A stretch of 63,698 bases of DNA, filler included, from Calcarisporiella thermophila CBS 279.70 (GCF_041956535.1; 6 parts of 6 records of this genome joined end to end with filler, not necessarily neighbours in it), one strand, 5' to 3'; positions 25,562 through 38,583 are shown, counted from the first letter of the whole stretch. Notes: generated by a model not told the origin, from the sequence alone. Made by a program: numbers and translations.

Positions 25562-27279
25562 ATGAGTCAGTTAACACCTTCGAAACTCACCGTCAATAAT
25601 CTAAAAGAGCAGCTTCAAGCCAGAGGCATCCCACTTACGGGCCTTAAGCTAAAGAAGGATTTCGTCGCGAGATTGGAAAAGGCCTTAGAGGAGGAGAGGG
25701 CACAAGTTGAAGCACAAAATAAAGAAGAGGAGGAACAGCAACCGCCGATTTCAGAGGAACCCGAGTCAAATGAAAAGCCAGCCGAGGATACAGCTATGCA
25801 AGAGGCAGCGCCTGAAAAAAATGACGTGCCGAAAGAATCTCCTGAACCGGCTGCAGTGGCGGAGCCACCAGCGCCAGTTGAAAAAGAAGAAAGCTTGCCA
25901 CAGCCTGAGGAAATGCCTGTTGCTGAAGAAAACGACGCGACTCAGAGTTCCAAAGTTGAAGTGACGAAGGAATCCGTTAAAGAATCCATTAGCACTGGAC
26001 ATGATTCCACAATATCTGAGACAGCCGCCTCTCGATCAGTTACTGTCACAACGATCGAGGAAGCGTCCGCAACTAGTGGCCAAGTAGAGAAACCACAGGG
26101 TGACATTGCGACACCCATCGAGGTGGACCTTCCAAGTGCCAAGCGAAAGCATGAAGAAACGGAGACACCCTTGCGTGGGGATGAACCGGAAGGTACTAAG
26201 GCTTGCACCTGCTAAAGTTTCAGCCGGTCCATGTTAACTTCAATCCATTTCCATAGCTGAATCCAAAGATAACGAGAAAGCCGCCGAGCCGACCAGCGCC
26301 AAAAAAATACGACGCACAGTCTCCACCAACGCGATCAAGATGCTCCAGACCAATCTAACAAAGATAGCAAGCAACGCGCCACAAGAGGAGGAAAATAAGA
26401 AGGTCAGTGAATTTTCTGAACAGGTATCGATTCAGGGATAATAGGTGCTGATGTTGAGTGTCTATAGCAGGAGCAAGAGGAGCAAGAGGAGCCAGAGAAA
26501 ATAGAGCAGGATCAAGAAATGCAGCCAGTCAATGCATCTGAGGGTGAGCTTTGCCTAACTATTGCAGCTATTGGGGCGCCGTTTAACAGCTAGTTTTTTC
26601 TTTGCAGTACCAGAATCTCAGCATCCACCAACCACCACTCTCGCTGTCAGGAATTTCGTGCGTCCTCTCCAGGTCAAGCAAGTGGAAGAGCTATTGAATA
26701 AGTTTGGCAAAGTGGAGAAATTCTGGATGGATTCTATCAAGACGCACTGCTATGTAACGGTATTTATTTACCCTTCCCTCCTTGTTTCGCTGTAAGGATG
26801 CATTCACTATTAGGCTACTAATTGTTTTTTCGCATGCACAATAGTATTCTTCAGTAGATGAGGCGATTCTTGCACGTTCTCGCCTATATAACCTACGATT
26901 TCCAACCGAAAGCCATAATCCTCTCCTACCCGACTTCTTAACACCAGAGCGTGCTCAGAGATTAATCGAAGAGGAAGAATCTGCTCAGGCGTCCAATGCA
27001 CGACGAGTTTCAAAACAGTACGGAGCCCATGGCAGTAGTAAGGAGGGGAATTTAGGAAGACAAGGTGGTGAGTCGTTGCTTTACATTTAGAGCCGAAAAG
27101 GGTGGTGAGGTGACTCACTTTTGCATGGGTTTTGTGTTTTGACAGATGCTAAGATCTCGTACCTACCACTGGACAACTTGTTTCCGAAAACGACTGCAAC
27201 CCCCTCGCTGTATTTCCTTCCTGTGTCGGAGGAGCTGGCGAAGAAAAGACTGGAGGAAATGCGAAGAAAATCAAAGTGA
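25562..27279 (+). CDS. Acinus-like SAP/RRM/RSB protein (multi-exon)
   Basis: N-terminal SAP domain (LTVNNLKEQLQARGIPLTGLKLKKDFVARL), RRM (NFVRPLQ..FWMDSIKTHCYVT) and a C-terminal RSB-like motif (LDNLFPKTTATPSLYFLP). Confidence 0.85.
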
Positions 27280-27619
27280 CGAGTTATGTGTGTTATAGTT
27301 GTGGCGGCATCATGGGCACATGTTTTTATAACTTCAACATTTCAAATTTTCAGTCTTTGTAATATTTTATTTTTTTTTAGATTAATCGGAATATATGCTC
27401 TTTCTGACGTGCTTTGTCTATCATCGTTTATCATTAAATTGTGGTAAATAGCTGAATATAAAGCAATAATACAAGAAAAAAAAAGACGCAAGAAAAATAG
27501 GTAATAGCTCATGGCGATAAAAACAGAAGGGATAGGGAGAGGAGGAAGGGGGAATAAGAAAGAAAAACTAATCAATAATGCTACATTCTATTTTTTTTTT
27601 TTTCATTTATCCCCACTCT

Positions 27620-28117
27620 TTACTTCTCTGCTGCAGGCCGCCCAATAACTTTTCTAATAAAGCTGGAGATCAGCCCACCCTGCTGCTGTTGCTTCAGCTT
27701 GCTTGCATCGATACCTGCCAAAAGGCGGGTGTAATAGTTTGGGTTGCTGGCTGGGTTGAGAATCTTGTCTGAGAGTTGATACTATCCAAAAGGAAATAAG
27801 AGGATCAAAGACAAAATTGTTAAAATCGATTTGTCAGGGTCTCGTAATAGATCTGCAATACTCACTCTGTTTTTATATTCGTTGGTCAATAGCTTCTCCA
27901 GGGCCTTCAACTCGGATTTTCCCTTTGCCAATGCCTCCTCCAAGTTCAAATCCTGCTCACGAGAATTAGGCCCACGATGAAATGCTTCCTGCACGCGAGC
28001 AGCGAGCACTTTGCGGGGATCGCGCGTCGGGCGCAAAGGATCCTTGGGCCAGCGTGCGAGCACACGGAGATAGGAGCGATAGAGGGAGAGAAATTGCTGG
28101 TGGATTTGTGTTGACAT
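27620..28117 (-). CDS. Cbp6/UQCC2-like mitochondrial complex III assembly factor (2 exons)
   Basis: YLRVLARWPKDPLRP..ALEKLLTNEYKNR|YQLSDKILNPASNPNYYTRL, with one intron at about 27783-27865. Confidence 0.75.
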
Positions 28118-28283
28118 TTGTATGAAATGCAAATAGGGGAGTAAGGCGGGAAGAGAAACGGTAAATTTGTCCCAAAGAAAAGGATACCAAGCCACTGTGA
28201 CCTAAGGAGATTTTAAATAAATAAATCATTCTACCGCCGGATCAGCGCAGCGAAAGGAATTGCTAAAAATAATTAGGAGAATC

Positions 28284-28704
28284 ATGTCGAGTATATACAG
28301 ACTATCGCGATTTCCTCACCGCGTCAGGGTGTCTCCCTTGTTTGTACGATACACACAATCTAGTAAGTTACACCTCTTCTAGCCAGACAAGATTGGAGAG
28401 CTCATTCTGCCTCTTTTGATCTCTAGCTGCCAATCCCTCTTCCCCCGACCTCCACGCCTCAGAAAAACTTCGCCCCGTTTCTTCATGTCCCCAGGGCACA
28501 GTTCTCAAAGGGCTTAACTATCACAAGGAGGGGTCTGATCCCATTGCCAAGGCGGACGAAGAATATCCCAGCTGGCTGTGGGAGCTCTTAGACGAGGAGA
28601 AGACCAAGGCACGTAGCAATGATCCAACAACGAGGCAGTTCCAACGCAAGACAAACCGAGAAGCCATCCGATCTTCGAACTTCATGAAGAATAAGAAGAC
28701 ATAA
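28284..28704 (+). CDS. Mitochondrial ribosomal protein mL54 (yeast Mrpl37-like), 2 exons; absent from the ORF track
   Basis: Arg/Ser-rich presequence, intron about 28363-28426, then SSCPQGTVLKGLNYHKEGSDPIAKADEEYPSWLWELL..RKTNREAIRSSNFM. Confidence 0.85.
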
Positions 28705-28971
28705 TGGCAACGGGGTGGAATCACGGACGAAATGTAAATTGTTTTTTTATTAATATACTCTGGCATAGATACTCTTCTTTAATGAGCCGTGATATCTTTC
28801 TGCTGTTGCTGAAGCGGATACACTCCAGTCCGTTTCCCTTTTATATTAAACTTGGCTCGATGCCCAAGAGAATGAACAAAGAAATGATCATTATCACAAG
28901 AGTAAACGTAATATTTCTACATGCTGGAAACCCATTCAAATGGGAAAGGGGGTGCGAGAGTCTGTGAGTTT

Positions 28972-31095
28972 TCAGTTCTTATCTAGTGTGAATACCGGGC
29001 GCACATCGACGGGCACTCCCTTGAGTGCATCCAAGATTCGCTCCAAATCTTCGTCTATCTTGCCATACTGCTCCACAAATTGCTGCACCTTCCCCTTATC
29101 GCCATTGCCTTGCAGTACAAGGATATCATGGGTAAGATCTCGGACTGCGTCTTCAATCTTGTCAAAATCAACTGAATATCGACCAGTTGCGTCAAGATGG
29201 AAGCCCCCTTTAGCGAGGAGATAGTTAAACTGGATGGCAACCCCGAGCCCATGTGCTTCCCCAATACCGAATCGCATACTATGAATTCAAAGAAGGAGGA
29301 GGGAAGGGGAGAGGAGAGGAGAGGAGGGGCGGATAGCCGTATCAATATAAGCTGTTATGTTTAAAAAGAAAATCGCATTTTGAAAACCAACCTCCTGAAC
29401 GCTGATGCTAAGAATGTGACCCAGAATTGCTCCCGCGTGATATCAGAAATGGTGCCCTGCTTGATCAAAAGATTGGCCGCAAATAATCCGGTGATATCAG
29501 CCTTGGCCTCTTCCATGGCGGAATGGAACTCTTGCAGTCTAGCACGCACGGGCACCGGGTGATCGCCCACAGTATAATGTGGCCCATTGGAGTGCGCCAC
29601 CTCATGTAGGAGAACGTGTGTGAAAAAGGCCTCAAAGGACAAGTGGGCGGCCACCTGGTTCTCATCGACCGCCACCTCTGAAATGGGAATGAGCACTTTA
29701 TTATACTTGGCCTTTTGCACGTTTTTGATGAGGACCAGCTTGGATCCGCCTTTGGCAATGGCATCCTCGTCATTTGGGAGGTTATAGGCTGCGGTCATCG
29801 GTACAGCAACTATAGAAGTCATCCAAGATCCTTAGAGCTAGAGTACACATAAAAAAAAAGCTGCCTTAGGCCAAATTACCATCTCCCCCATTATACACCT
29901 CGTTGACAACCACGATGGGAGGCTTCGTCAGGTGCCTATTCTTGTATTCCTCTGGGACAGGCAGGTGGCTAGATTAGAGAGAATCGAAAATAAGCACACC
30001 ATGGTAATGTGACATAAAGCGTGGTTTCTCTCTCAACATGCCTCTCCACGTATTCTAGGCTTGACGCAAACTTTTCCAGTAATGAAGACGAAGGGAAATC
30101 TCGTAGCATCAAATAGAACTCATATGCGGACTTGGACGAGAAAAGCTTATCGGTGTACACCTAATACCGCCCAGAGTTTGTGTAAATGTTAAAAATGCAA
30201 GCAAATAACCGGCGTCTTCAACCCAGATCTATACCTCGTAAGGACCACAGGTTATATCGATGGGTGATTTTGGACTAATGCGCAGCCAGTCCAACTCCGA
30301 AGGGAGATAATCATTGGAGCGAAAAGCGTCGGCACGCGAGTTCAAAAAAGACCTGAGCGAAGCGTCCTCTACCAGGTCCGCAGCCTCCTTCAGTAGGTTT
30401 GCAGCGGGTTCTAAAAGGTCTGCATACTCCTTGGAGTAAGGTGACTGTAGAGGAGTAGACAACTGTGAGAATAGGGATGGGGGGCTAGCGATTGCTAGAA
30501 TTCTCTAACACACCAAGTAAAGTTGCCCTTGTTCATTGCGCTTCACAACATGATAAAAGCCTGTTGCGTGCTTTCGCTCAATTTCCGAGAGCGTCTTGGT
30601 CCATGCTTCAAACTCGGCTTTTGTCATGTCTTCCGGGTAGAAGTTTCCGCCCGGGGGAGGGTGGTTCGGCACCCCCTCAATCCAAGCTTCCTCGCCGGCG
30701 ACTCGATCCCATGGGCCCTACAACCGCCCAAGAGCCGGAATGAAAAAGCGGGCCCGCTTCAAGTGGGCAAATGAGGGCCTTACCTTGCAGAGCTCAAACA
30801 TGAGCAATTTATCCTGATCTCCTTCTTTTTTCAGGCGCTCCAATAAAGCTTCATTACCAGACCATGCCTGCCTAATATATAGCTGGTCAAGGAGCTTGCC
30901 GACCCGCACAAGCTTTGTCAGAGCAAGTTTGTCGTTGGGGGTGAGATGCGAAAAATCGGCCTCAAGCGTTGCAGGCTCGAACTTTTTGATTCGATCTTGT
31001 AGCGATGACATGGGTGAATTATGTCTTGAGGTTGACAAGAATGTTCTTGACAGGGGAATACGAACTGTATTACGGGTAAAGACACGAGAAAGCAT
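28972..31095 (-). CDS. M49 (DPP III-like) zinc peptidase of the HEXXH type with a mitochondrial-type presequence (multi-exon)
   Basis: GPWDR, GGNFYP, GPYEVYTD, AAYNLPNDE, KGGSKLVLIKNV, HEVAH, EEAKAD, RFGIGEAHG. Confidence 0.85.
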
Positions 31096-32148
31096 CAAAA
31101 TGGGCTGGCAGCTCTGCGCCTCCAATTTTGTGTGAAATTTAGGTGTGAATCATCCAATATGCTTTTGCTAATGGGATGAGTATACCTGGTACACAGAATT
31201 GGGACTATTAAGGGAGACGAGCGGCTAAGTTAGGGTTATTAGGCATTTCGCAATGAAAGCCGGAGAGCCGCTTTTCCTGGGCCTCTTTCCACTGAACGAG
31301 ACTATGTACGGTATTCGATCATAGGCTATGAACCTTGCTCTCAAGGTGTCACTCTTTGGATAGAGGGTCAAATTCGGGTTCCCTCACCGGTCAAGACGGG
31401 CCCAAGAGAATGGGCTGCCAAAAATCCCATCCTAGAATAACGTACCAGGAAGTCTGAATGGCGACTATATTCAATCGTAGATTGAAATCGGAGTCACTTT
31501 TTTTCCTTCACAGCACGTAAACAAAACACCGGATAATATCACCACCCCCTTAACAATGCCACCCTTTAGGCAAGCAGGCTAACCTCATGGACCAGTCTGC
31601 TATTTTTCTGGTTTAGATGATCTTGAATTCTTCGTTTCTAGGAAGGTTGAGTTTCTAGCGGAATTGCGTGCTTGTCCGACCTCTGAACGGGTGCTGCAGT
31701 AGCTTCCATTGCGCAACACCTCGAGTGAGAAGGGGAGGGTACGGTGTGGAAGAGCGCGACGTCCATAGGATGTCGACCGGTCAGAGTGGCCCAGCCGCCT
31801 TCTAGGAGCTCGGTGCGCTCCATGCGGTATATCTGCCTCTTATACAGACTCGGGATGAAATTAGAATTAGCGGTTCGGGTCGGAGTTCGGAACACCACCA
31901 AACTCCTTTAACAAATCCGTATTTCATGAAGAGGAAATCGAGGGAGACATTGGAACACAACTCTTCCAACCACACCCATTCCACATACGCAATAACTACT
32001 CATAATTTTTATTTACATTATTTATATTTCAGCAGCAGCAGTAGCAGCAGTAGCAAAAAAAGTTCCGTCCGTCCTCAGTTCTCTCCCCCTCTCTCTTCTT
32101 CATAACCAAGTTAATTGCTTTTTTTTTATCCCGTGTTTCGGCTTTGTG

Positions 32149-34639
32149 ATGTCTACACTGAATTCGGCCTTGTCCGAAAAAGAGCAACATGCGGCAGGCA
32201 AAGAGTTGACGGATGAGGGCCACTTCAAGCAAGAAGTGCGATCCATTGTCGATGAGTTCACGTATACATTGCAGTTCACCTGGCGAGCTGCCATTGTCGG
32301 TGCCCTGCTAGGATCCTTGATCGCCGCTTCGAATATGTATGGTAGGCTATACCGTTCTTCCTCGCCGAGCATAGGAGTGATATCTTATCTGGTATGATCT
32401 GTCCTCTCTTTGACGCAATATAGTTGGCCTTAAAGTTGGGGTAAGCTTAGAGAATGATTCTTGCTAAATAAAATGAAACGAAACGATGAGGGTTGACACG
32501 CCTCCGAATTGCTCTTTTGCAGTGGACCTTTGGCGCCAATCTCTTTGGGGCCATCTTCTCGTTCGCCATCCTTAAATCGCTCTCTCGCATCCTCCCAAAG
32601 CGCTACGGCGGCGGAGACTTTGGGCCTAAAGAGAACTGCACTGCGCAAACGGCGGCAACGGCGGCAGGAGGTTTGTCGAGCGGGTTCGTCACTGCGGTGC
32701 CCGCCCTGTACAAGCTCGGCCTTCTCTCGCCCGATTTCCGGCAAGACATCCTGGCCATGTCGCTGTGGACCATTGCCGCCGCGTTCTACGGCCTCTTTTT
32801 CGCCGTCCCGTTGAGGAAGCATTTTGTGGTGAACCAGGATTTGCCGTTTCCTTCCGCACGCGCCACCGCGGAGACCATCAAGTCGCTGCACCAGAGCTTG
32901 GCGGGCGAGAAGGATGCCATGAGACGGGCGCTGGTGCTTGCGGTTGCGGGGGGAACCAGCTTCGTATGGAGTGTGATTGGCCACTGGATTCCCGGGATCT
33001 TTTCCGCGCCGCACATTCTCTTTTGGATCGGAAAAGCGACGGGCAGTGCGGGGCTGATGGCGGCAGACGAGAAGTGGCGCTGGGTGTTCCAGTGGGAGTT
33101 TGCATTTATCGGCGCGGGTCTCATGACGCCCGCAAGCACGGTGCTCGCCTTCTTTGGGACCACCGTGATAGTGTATGGAATTGTCGGCCCGCTGATGCTG
33201 CAGTCGGGCTATATAGCGGGGGCGTTTGGGTTTGGAGAGAAGCCGACGGCCCAGGTAACCCCCCCCCCACCCCCTTATCCCCTCCTTCCTCCCCCCCCCC
33301 ATCTCTTAGTGAGCTGACGTATTTGTTTCGCATAGTCGTTTTTCCTATGGCCCGGGGTAGCGCTCATGGTGTTTGCTTCATTCACAGAGCTCTTTTTGAA
33401 TTATGCAACCCTTTGGCGTGCTCTCAAGCTGGGGGTGCTTGAGGTGGGGCGCAAGGTGGCGAGTCTCTATGCTCGCTTGAAGAGCCGACGAGCGACCGCC
33501 ACGGAGGCTCGCCCCGAGGAGGATGCGAAGGCAGACGAGAAACTGGGGCTCGACCACAAAGGGGGCCTGGAGGCCGAGGCCGAGGCCGAGGGCGTTCCCG
33601 CGCTGTGGTGGCTCTCGGGCATCATTGCCTCCGTCATCCTCACCTGCCTGATCATGGGGCTGTTCTTTGGCATTCCCGTTTACCAGACCCTCATTGCGGT
33701 CGTGCTCGCGTTCATCCTCTCCTTTGTCGGCATCCAATCCCTGGGTGAAACCGACATCAACCCCACGGGGTCCATCGGCAAAGTCACGCAGCTGGCGTTT
33801 GTGGGATTCCCAGCCCCGACCAAGGAGATTCTCCAGCGCACTGATCTACTTGCGGCGAACATCGCGTCGAGTGCGGCGTCGCAGAGCGCCGACATGGTGG
33901 CCGACTTGAAAACGGGGCAGCTGCTTGGTAAGCTAAGGATGCAGTTTCGGATGACGGCGGGCTCCACTCTAACTAGGTTGATGTTGCGTGCAGGGGCTTC
34001 TCCGCGCTCACAGTTTTTCGCGCAGCTGGTGGGCTCCGTTTTTGCCGTCGTCGTCGCGATTTCCTTGTTCTTCCTCTACGCCTCCGCCTACCCATGCATC
34101 ACATCGCGCGAGACGGATCCCAACTGCCCCTTCGACCTGGTCTCTGCGACCATCTGGCGCCAAGTCACGGTGCTCCTCACCGAGAAGCTTGACATTCCCC
34201 GGGCGTCGATCATCACCACCATAGTCTTCGCGATCCTGGCTGTGGCCATCACGATTGCAAAGGCAAGATTGTTGCCGGCCCGCGCTGCGCATTACATTCC
34301 GAGTCTGACGGCAACTGGTATGGCGATGGTGAACACCAACCCCGCCATTGCAATTGCCATGATGCTTGGATGGGTGAGTGACATTTCATTCGATCCTCCA
34401 TTCAATAGGAGCCTTCTGTTTATGCAAACGCTGCTTTGGTCTAATAGCTCATCAGCATCACTTGGAGAAAATACGGGGCCGCGAGCCATGAGCGCTATAT
34501 GTATAGCGTCAGCGCCGGTCTCATTTCAGGGGTCGGCATCGGAGGAATCCTCAAAGCAGTGTTTGAAATTGCCGGTGTGCAGCACAGCTCCGTGACCGCC
34601 GGGTGTCTTGTTGCCGCAGACGGAACACCGCGGTGCTGA
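32149..34639 (+). CDS. OPT-family oligopeptide/metal-chelate transporter, YSL-like clade (multi-exon)
   Basis: FTWRA..ASNMY, FGPKENCTAQTAA, LPFPSARATA, GETDINPTG, DLKTGQLLGASPRSQF. Confidence 0.9.
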
Positions 34640-35937
34640 GGCAGCCCGCTTCCCCCTTCCCCCTCCTCCTTTCCCCACTCGAACATCCTTCACTTCGCAT
34701 TCGCGTTTTTCTCTTGACATGGTTTTGTGAGGACTTTTGATTTATTTTATCTTTTGCTCTCCTAATGTAAGTTGTATTCGCCTCGTTTTTCTCCTTATGA
34801 CTATTATTTATTTGTAATTGCCTTTTGTGCCGGAATAAAATAACCTCTTTTCAAGAGTTTTGCCGCGTGGGGTTTGAAGGTTTCCTTGCATCGGAGTTAT
34901 TTGGGGTGTTCTGTGACATCAAGGGATTCATATGACGTTCTGCCGGTTATTATGGATTGGGCGGCGTTGTAAGAGGGGCTCCAACTCTACCCCTAGTGAG
35001 AGGATCCAAAGAGCCCATCTTGTAACAGCCAGCAGATAAGATCGTGGCCCCCCGTTCTTGGGCCCCACCGGCTGTATACTGCCCTCCGTAAAAGAAGTCC
35101 TTGCCCTGCCGTATCGTACCATAGGAAACAGAACTTGTGGCTTGTGGGTGGGGAGCAGCCATTACCATGGGGGAAGGGTTAGCCAGCTGAGCGGTCTGAG
35201 ACGATGTGAGATAGGGGAGGATGCCACCAATATCAAGTGAGAGTCACGGCCCCTCGGCTGTGGAGGGAAACAGATAATTTTCCCCGAGGCCTGGTGCCCT
35301 AAGATCATGACACCTGGCCTCTGTGCGAGCTTGCCCTCGCCTGCCAGACCCCCCTCTCCCCCCCGGCCAAGGCCAGAATGCGATTAGGCAAGGTTTCATG
35401 AATCGACCACCATCGATCGGATATAAAGAGAGAGGGTTCCTCCCACGAAAAATAGGTTTCTCAAATTCTCCCCCCAATCTGGTCCAATCAGCCGAAGTGA
35501 ATCCGTATTTAACAGCTCAGCCTTCCAAAGGTGTGCCGCCTGCTTCTCTTCCACGATACCACTCTCTCGATCCCTTCTTGGCTTGCTAAGTGAAGTGGGA
35601 TGTTTTTCCACCATTGAGTCACTCCATCGTCACAGCTTGAAGGCCTTTTCTCACCCCGCCTCCCCCTTTTCTGAACTCTCTATGAAAGATTTCCATCCGA
35701 TCCTGCGCTATCCTCCCTCGATTTCCGCTCTCTGGGCCTCTCTATCCGTTCTATTCTCTGCGTTTTACTTTGCCGGCGAGCAGGTTGACGGAGGCTAATT
35801 TTCTCTCTCGGCCGCTCCACTCCATTGATGCTTTAGTGTGTTCCCGATTGTGCCGCTTAGTTTGCTTTCATCATCATTTCATCATTATTCCGCCCGCCGC
35901 GATTGCTTTTGCTTGGCCCCTTTAATTCCCCTCCGAT

Positions 35938-36543
35938 ATGCCCTCCTTCAGCGCAGAACGCCCCCTCTCCCCTCCTCGAGGTAATATGATTCTGCTCGAG
36001 ATCCCCGCGCTGCCCTTCCGCTTCCTGATCCACGACACTCCCACCGACGTCACCCTCCCCATCTACCTCGATGCATTTGTGGCACACAGGGTCAAGCATG
36101 TGCTGCGGGTCTGCCAGCCCGCCTACAGCGTTGCCCCGCTGGCCGCCCGCGGCATCACGGTGCATGATCTCCCCTTCCAGGACGGCGCCGCCCCTCCGAA
36201 GGAGGTGATCAAGCAGTGGCTCCAGCTCTTGGACGGGCTGGATGCCGGCGAGACGATTGCGGTGCATTGCGTGGCGGGCCTGGGGCGGGCCTGCGTGATG
36301 GTTGCCGTGGCGATGATCGAGATAGGGGGGATGAAGCCCCTCGATGCTGTGGAGTGCGTCCGCAGGCACAGGCGCGGCGCCTTCAACAAGCATCAGATCG
36401 AGTATCTCGACGGCTACAAGTGCGTCGGCCGGCCCTTGAGGCGCTCTGGCTCGCCCCCGGTGCGCAACCCTTTTGCCTGGGTGTTCAAGCGCAAGCAGCT
36501 GGAGGGCGCCACCGCCCTCAGCCTCCACGTCCATATGAGTTGA
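35938..36543 (+). CDS. PRL/PTP4A-type protein tyrosine phosphatase
   Basis: RFLIHDTPT, VLRVC, PFQDGAAPP, HCVAGLGRA, RRGAFNKHQ. Confidence 0.9.
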   Translation: MPSFSAERPLSPPRGNMILLEIPALPFRFLIHDTPTDVTLPIYLDAFVAHRVKHVLRVCQPAYSVAPLAARGITVHDLPFQDGAAPPKEVIKQWLQLLDGLDAGETIAVHCVAGLGRACVMVAVAMIEIGGMKPLDAVECVRRHRRGAFNKHQIEYLDGYKCVGRPLRRSGSPPVRNPFAWVFKRKQLEGATALSLHVHMS

Positions 36544-36850
36544 CTACATGAAGGAGCTCGTGGGACCGGCTGGCTGCGGATGGCCCATTCTTCTTGTGTT
36601 AATAAAGTCAAGTGTGTTTACCCCATCTGGAACATTCTAGTTCGAGAAACAAAGTTGGTTGTGCCACCCAATTTGACCTGTGCACAAACTACGCCGTTTT
36701 CACCTGAAATTCATTTGTAGTCTTTGGGGGGGCGAGACGAGTTGGATGGGTTCAAGCGGGAGGGGAGCAGAACCAATTTATTTTGAGCTGGCCATGAAGC
36801 AGGCTGGAGATGAAGAGAGAGGAGGGTATAACGATATAGCGTTTATCTGA

Positions 36851-36853
<3 letters not shown>

Positions 36854-36887
<34 letters not shown>

Positions 36888-37130
36888 AAAGTAGGAAAAG
36901 AAAATATAANNNNNNNNNNNNNNNNNNNNNNNNNNNNNNNNNNNNNNNNNNNNNNNNNNNNNNNNNNNNNNNNNNNNNNNNNNNNNNNNNNNNNNNNNNN
37001 NNNNNNNNNNNNNNNNNNNNNNNNNNNNNNNNNNNNNNNNNNNNNNNNNNNNNNNNNNNNNNNNNNNNNNNNNNNNNNNNNNNNNNNNNNNNNNNNNNNN
37101 NNNNNNNNNNNNNNNNNNNNNNNNNNNNNN

Positions 37131-37167
<37 letters not shown>
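36854..37167. repeat. (GA)n microsatellites either side of an assembly gap
   Basis: GA runs at about 36854-36882 and 37131-37167. Confidence 0.9.
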
Positions 37168-37174
<7 letters not shown>

Positions 37175-37428
37175 ATGGGAAAAGAAAAATATTAACATGT
37201 CAAAGTATATTATAAGTGGAAAATGGTGAAGGGAGTAGTAAAAAAAAACAAGGGGGGGGAGGGAATTGGAGGGAGAAATGAAAAAAAAAAACACATTCTA
37301 TAAAGCGCAACGAGACAGACACAGAGAGACAGAAAGGAAAAAGAAAATGCAAACCTCACAAGAGAAAGACTATTTACAAATTCACACTGGTAACAATCCA
37401 TAAGAAATGCTTGCGTTGTTTTCGATTT

Positions 37429-38583
37429 TTACATGCGGTATCTTAGCGGCTCGACACAGCCAGAGGCGGCGTCATATACCTGCCAGAGGGGGGTCTGGAT
37501 GGGCACGGTGTGCAGCAGGGAGTACAGCCGGGGCAGGAAAGAGTTGATGAGGGTGGGCGGCCACATCGGGCCCGCGGCCGGCTGCGATGGCGTGGCCAGC
37601 TGGGGCTGAGAGGGGTACAGGGAGGCGGGGGCCGAGGGCGCGGGGTTCATGGCCCGGGCGAACCGCATCTTCTTGGGGGCATCGAAGCAGGGCAGGAGGG
37701 CCTGGTGGGCGCTGCGCTTGGCTCCCAGCAGCGGGTCCGGGGAGCGGTGCAGCGGGGTGGAGGCGATGCCGTGGAGCGGCGAGGTGGCCGGGGGGGTGAT
37801 GGGCGAGGGCGATGCGCGCGGCAGGGCCCTGCGGAGCTGCGGGGGCTGCTGCTGGTGGGCGGAGAAGTGGCGGGCGGCCCACTGTTCCAGCTTGTGGGTC
37901 CACAGGTGGTACTCGGTGTCGGGGACGTGGAGGCGGTGGCCGAGGGCCTGCAGAAACTCGATCTCCATGATCACGATTTCGCGCTGGGGGAGGCCCGAGA
38001 CGCTGGCCCAGGTGTGGGCGGTGTAGGTCGAGTCGTCGAGGTACTTGTTGGCGAGCATCAGGGCCACGGTGAACAGCCGGTACTCGCAGCCGGGCATGCC
38101 CTGCACGCGCGTGGCGCGGCGGTAGCGCTGGGCGTAGAGCAGCGCCAGCAGGACCACGGGGCGGGTGACCTGGGTCGAGCCCAGCAGCCGCTGGCAGAAC
38201 TGGGTCAGCAGCATCAGGGCTTCGCGCTCGGAGCGCTGCGCGACCGCGGGGGGGTGCTGTGTGCCGTACCAGATGAGGCATGTGACGGTGGCGGCGAAGA
38301 GGGCGAGCGGCACAGGCTCGGCCTTGGCGGGCAGCGGCTGGACGGTGGGCGACACCGGCGGCGAGATGAGCGCGGGCCGCGCGGCAGCGATGGCGCGGGT
38401 GGCGCCTGCGCCGGCGCGGAATGCCGCGGATGCCATGGCGGGCGCGGGGGGCATGATCATGATGGAGGGGTTGAGATGCGATGCGGCGATGGGATCCGGG
38501 GTGCAGGCGAGGTGGGGGGGGAGGAGGGCGGGGTCTAGCGATCCCAGGGGGGCGCATGTGGAGTGGAAGGCTGTCCTATCCAT
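37429..38583 (-). CDS. Pcl/Pho80/Clg1-family cyclin, intronless CDS, very GC-rich
   Basis: Cyclin box FCQRLLGSTQVTRPVVLLALLY..RLFTVALMLANKYLDDSTYTAHTWASVSGL..MEIEFLQAL. Probable start MDRTAF at 38583. Confidence 0.85.
   Translation of the reverse strand: MDRTAFHSTCAPLGSLDPALLPPHLACTPDPIAASHLNPSIMIMPPAPAMASAAFRAGAGATRAIAAARPALISPPVSPTVQPLPAKAEPVPLALFAATVTCLIWYGTQHPPAVAQRSEREALMLLTQFCQRLLGSTQVTRPVVLLALLYAQRYRRATRVQGMPGCEYRLFTVALMLANKYLDDSTYTAHTWASVSGLPQREIVIMEIEFLQALGHRLHVPDTEYHLWTHKLEQWAARHFSAHQQQPPQLRRALPRASPSPITPPATSPLHGIASTPLHRSPDPLLGAKRSAHQALLPCFDAPKKMRFARAMNPAPSAPASLYPSQPQLATPSQPAAGPMWPPTLINSFLPRLYSLLHTVPIQTPLWQVYDAASGCVEPLRYRM

Noticed and set aside
32430-33442. 290-aa antisense and 225-aa alternate-frame ORFs over the OPT gene
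   Set aside because: GC-rich shadow ORFs.
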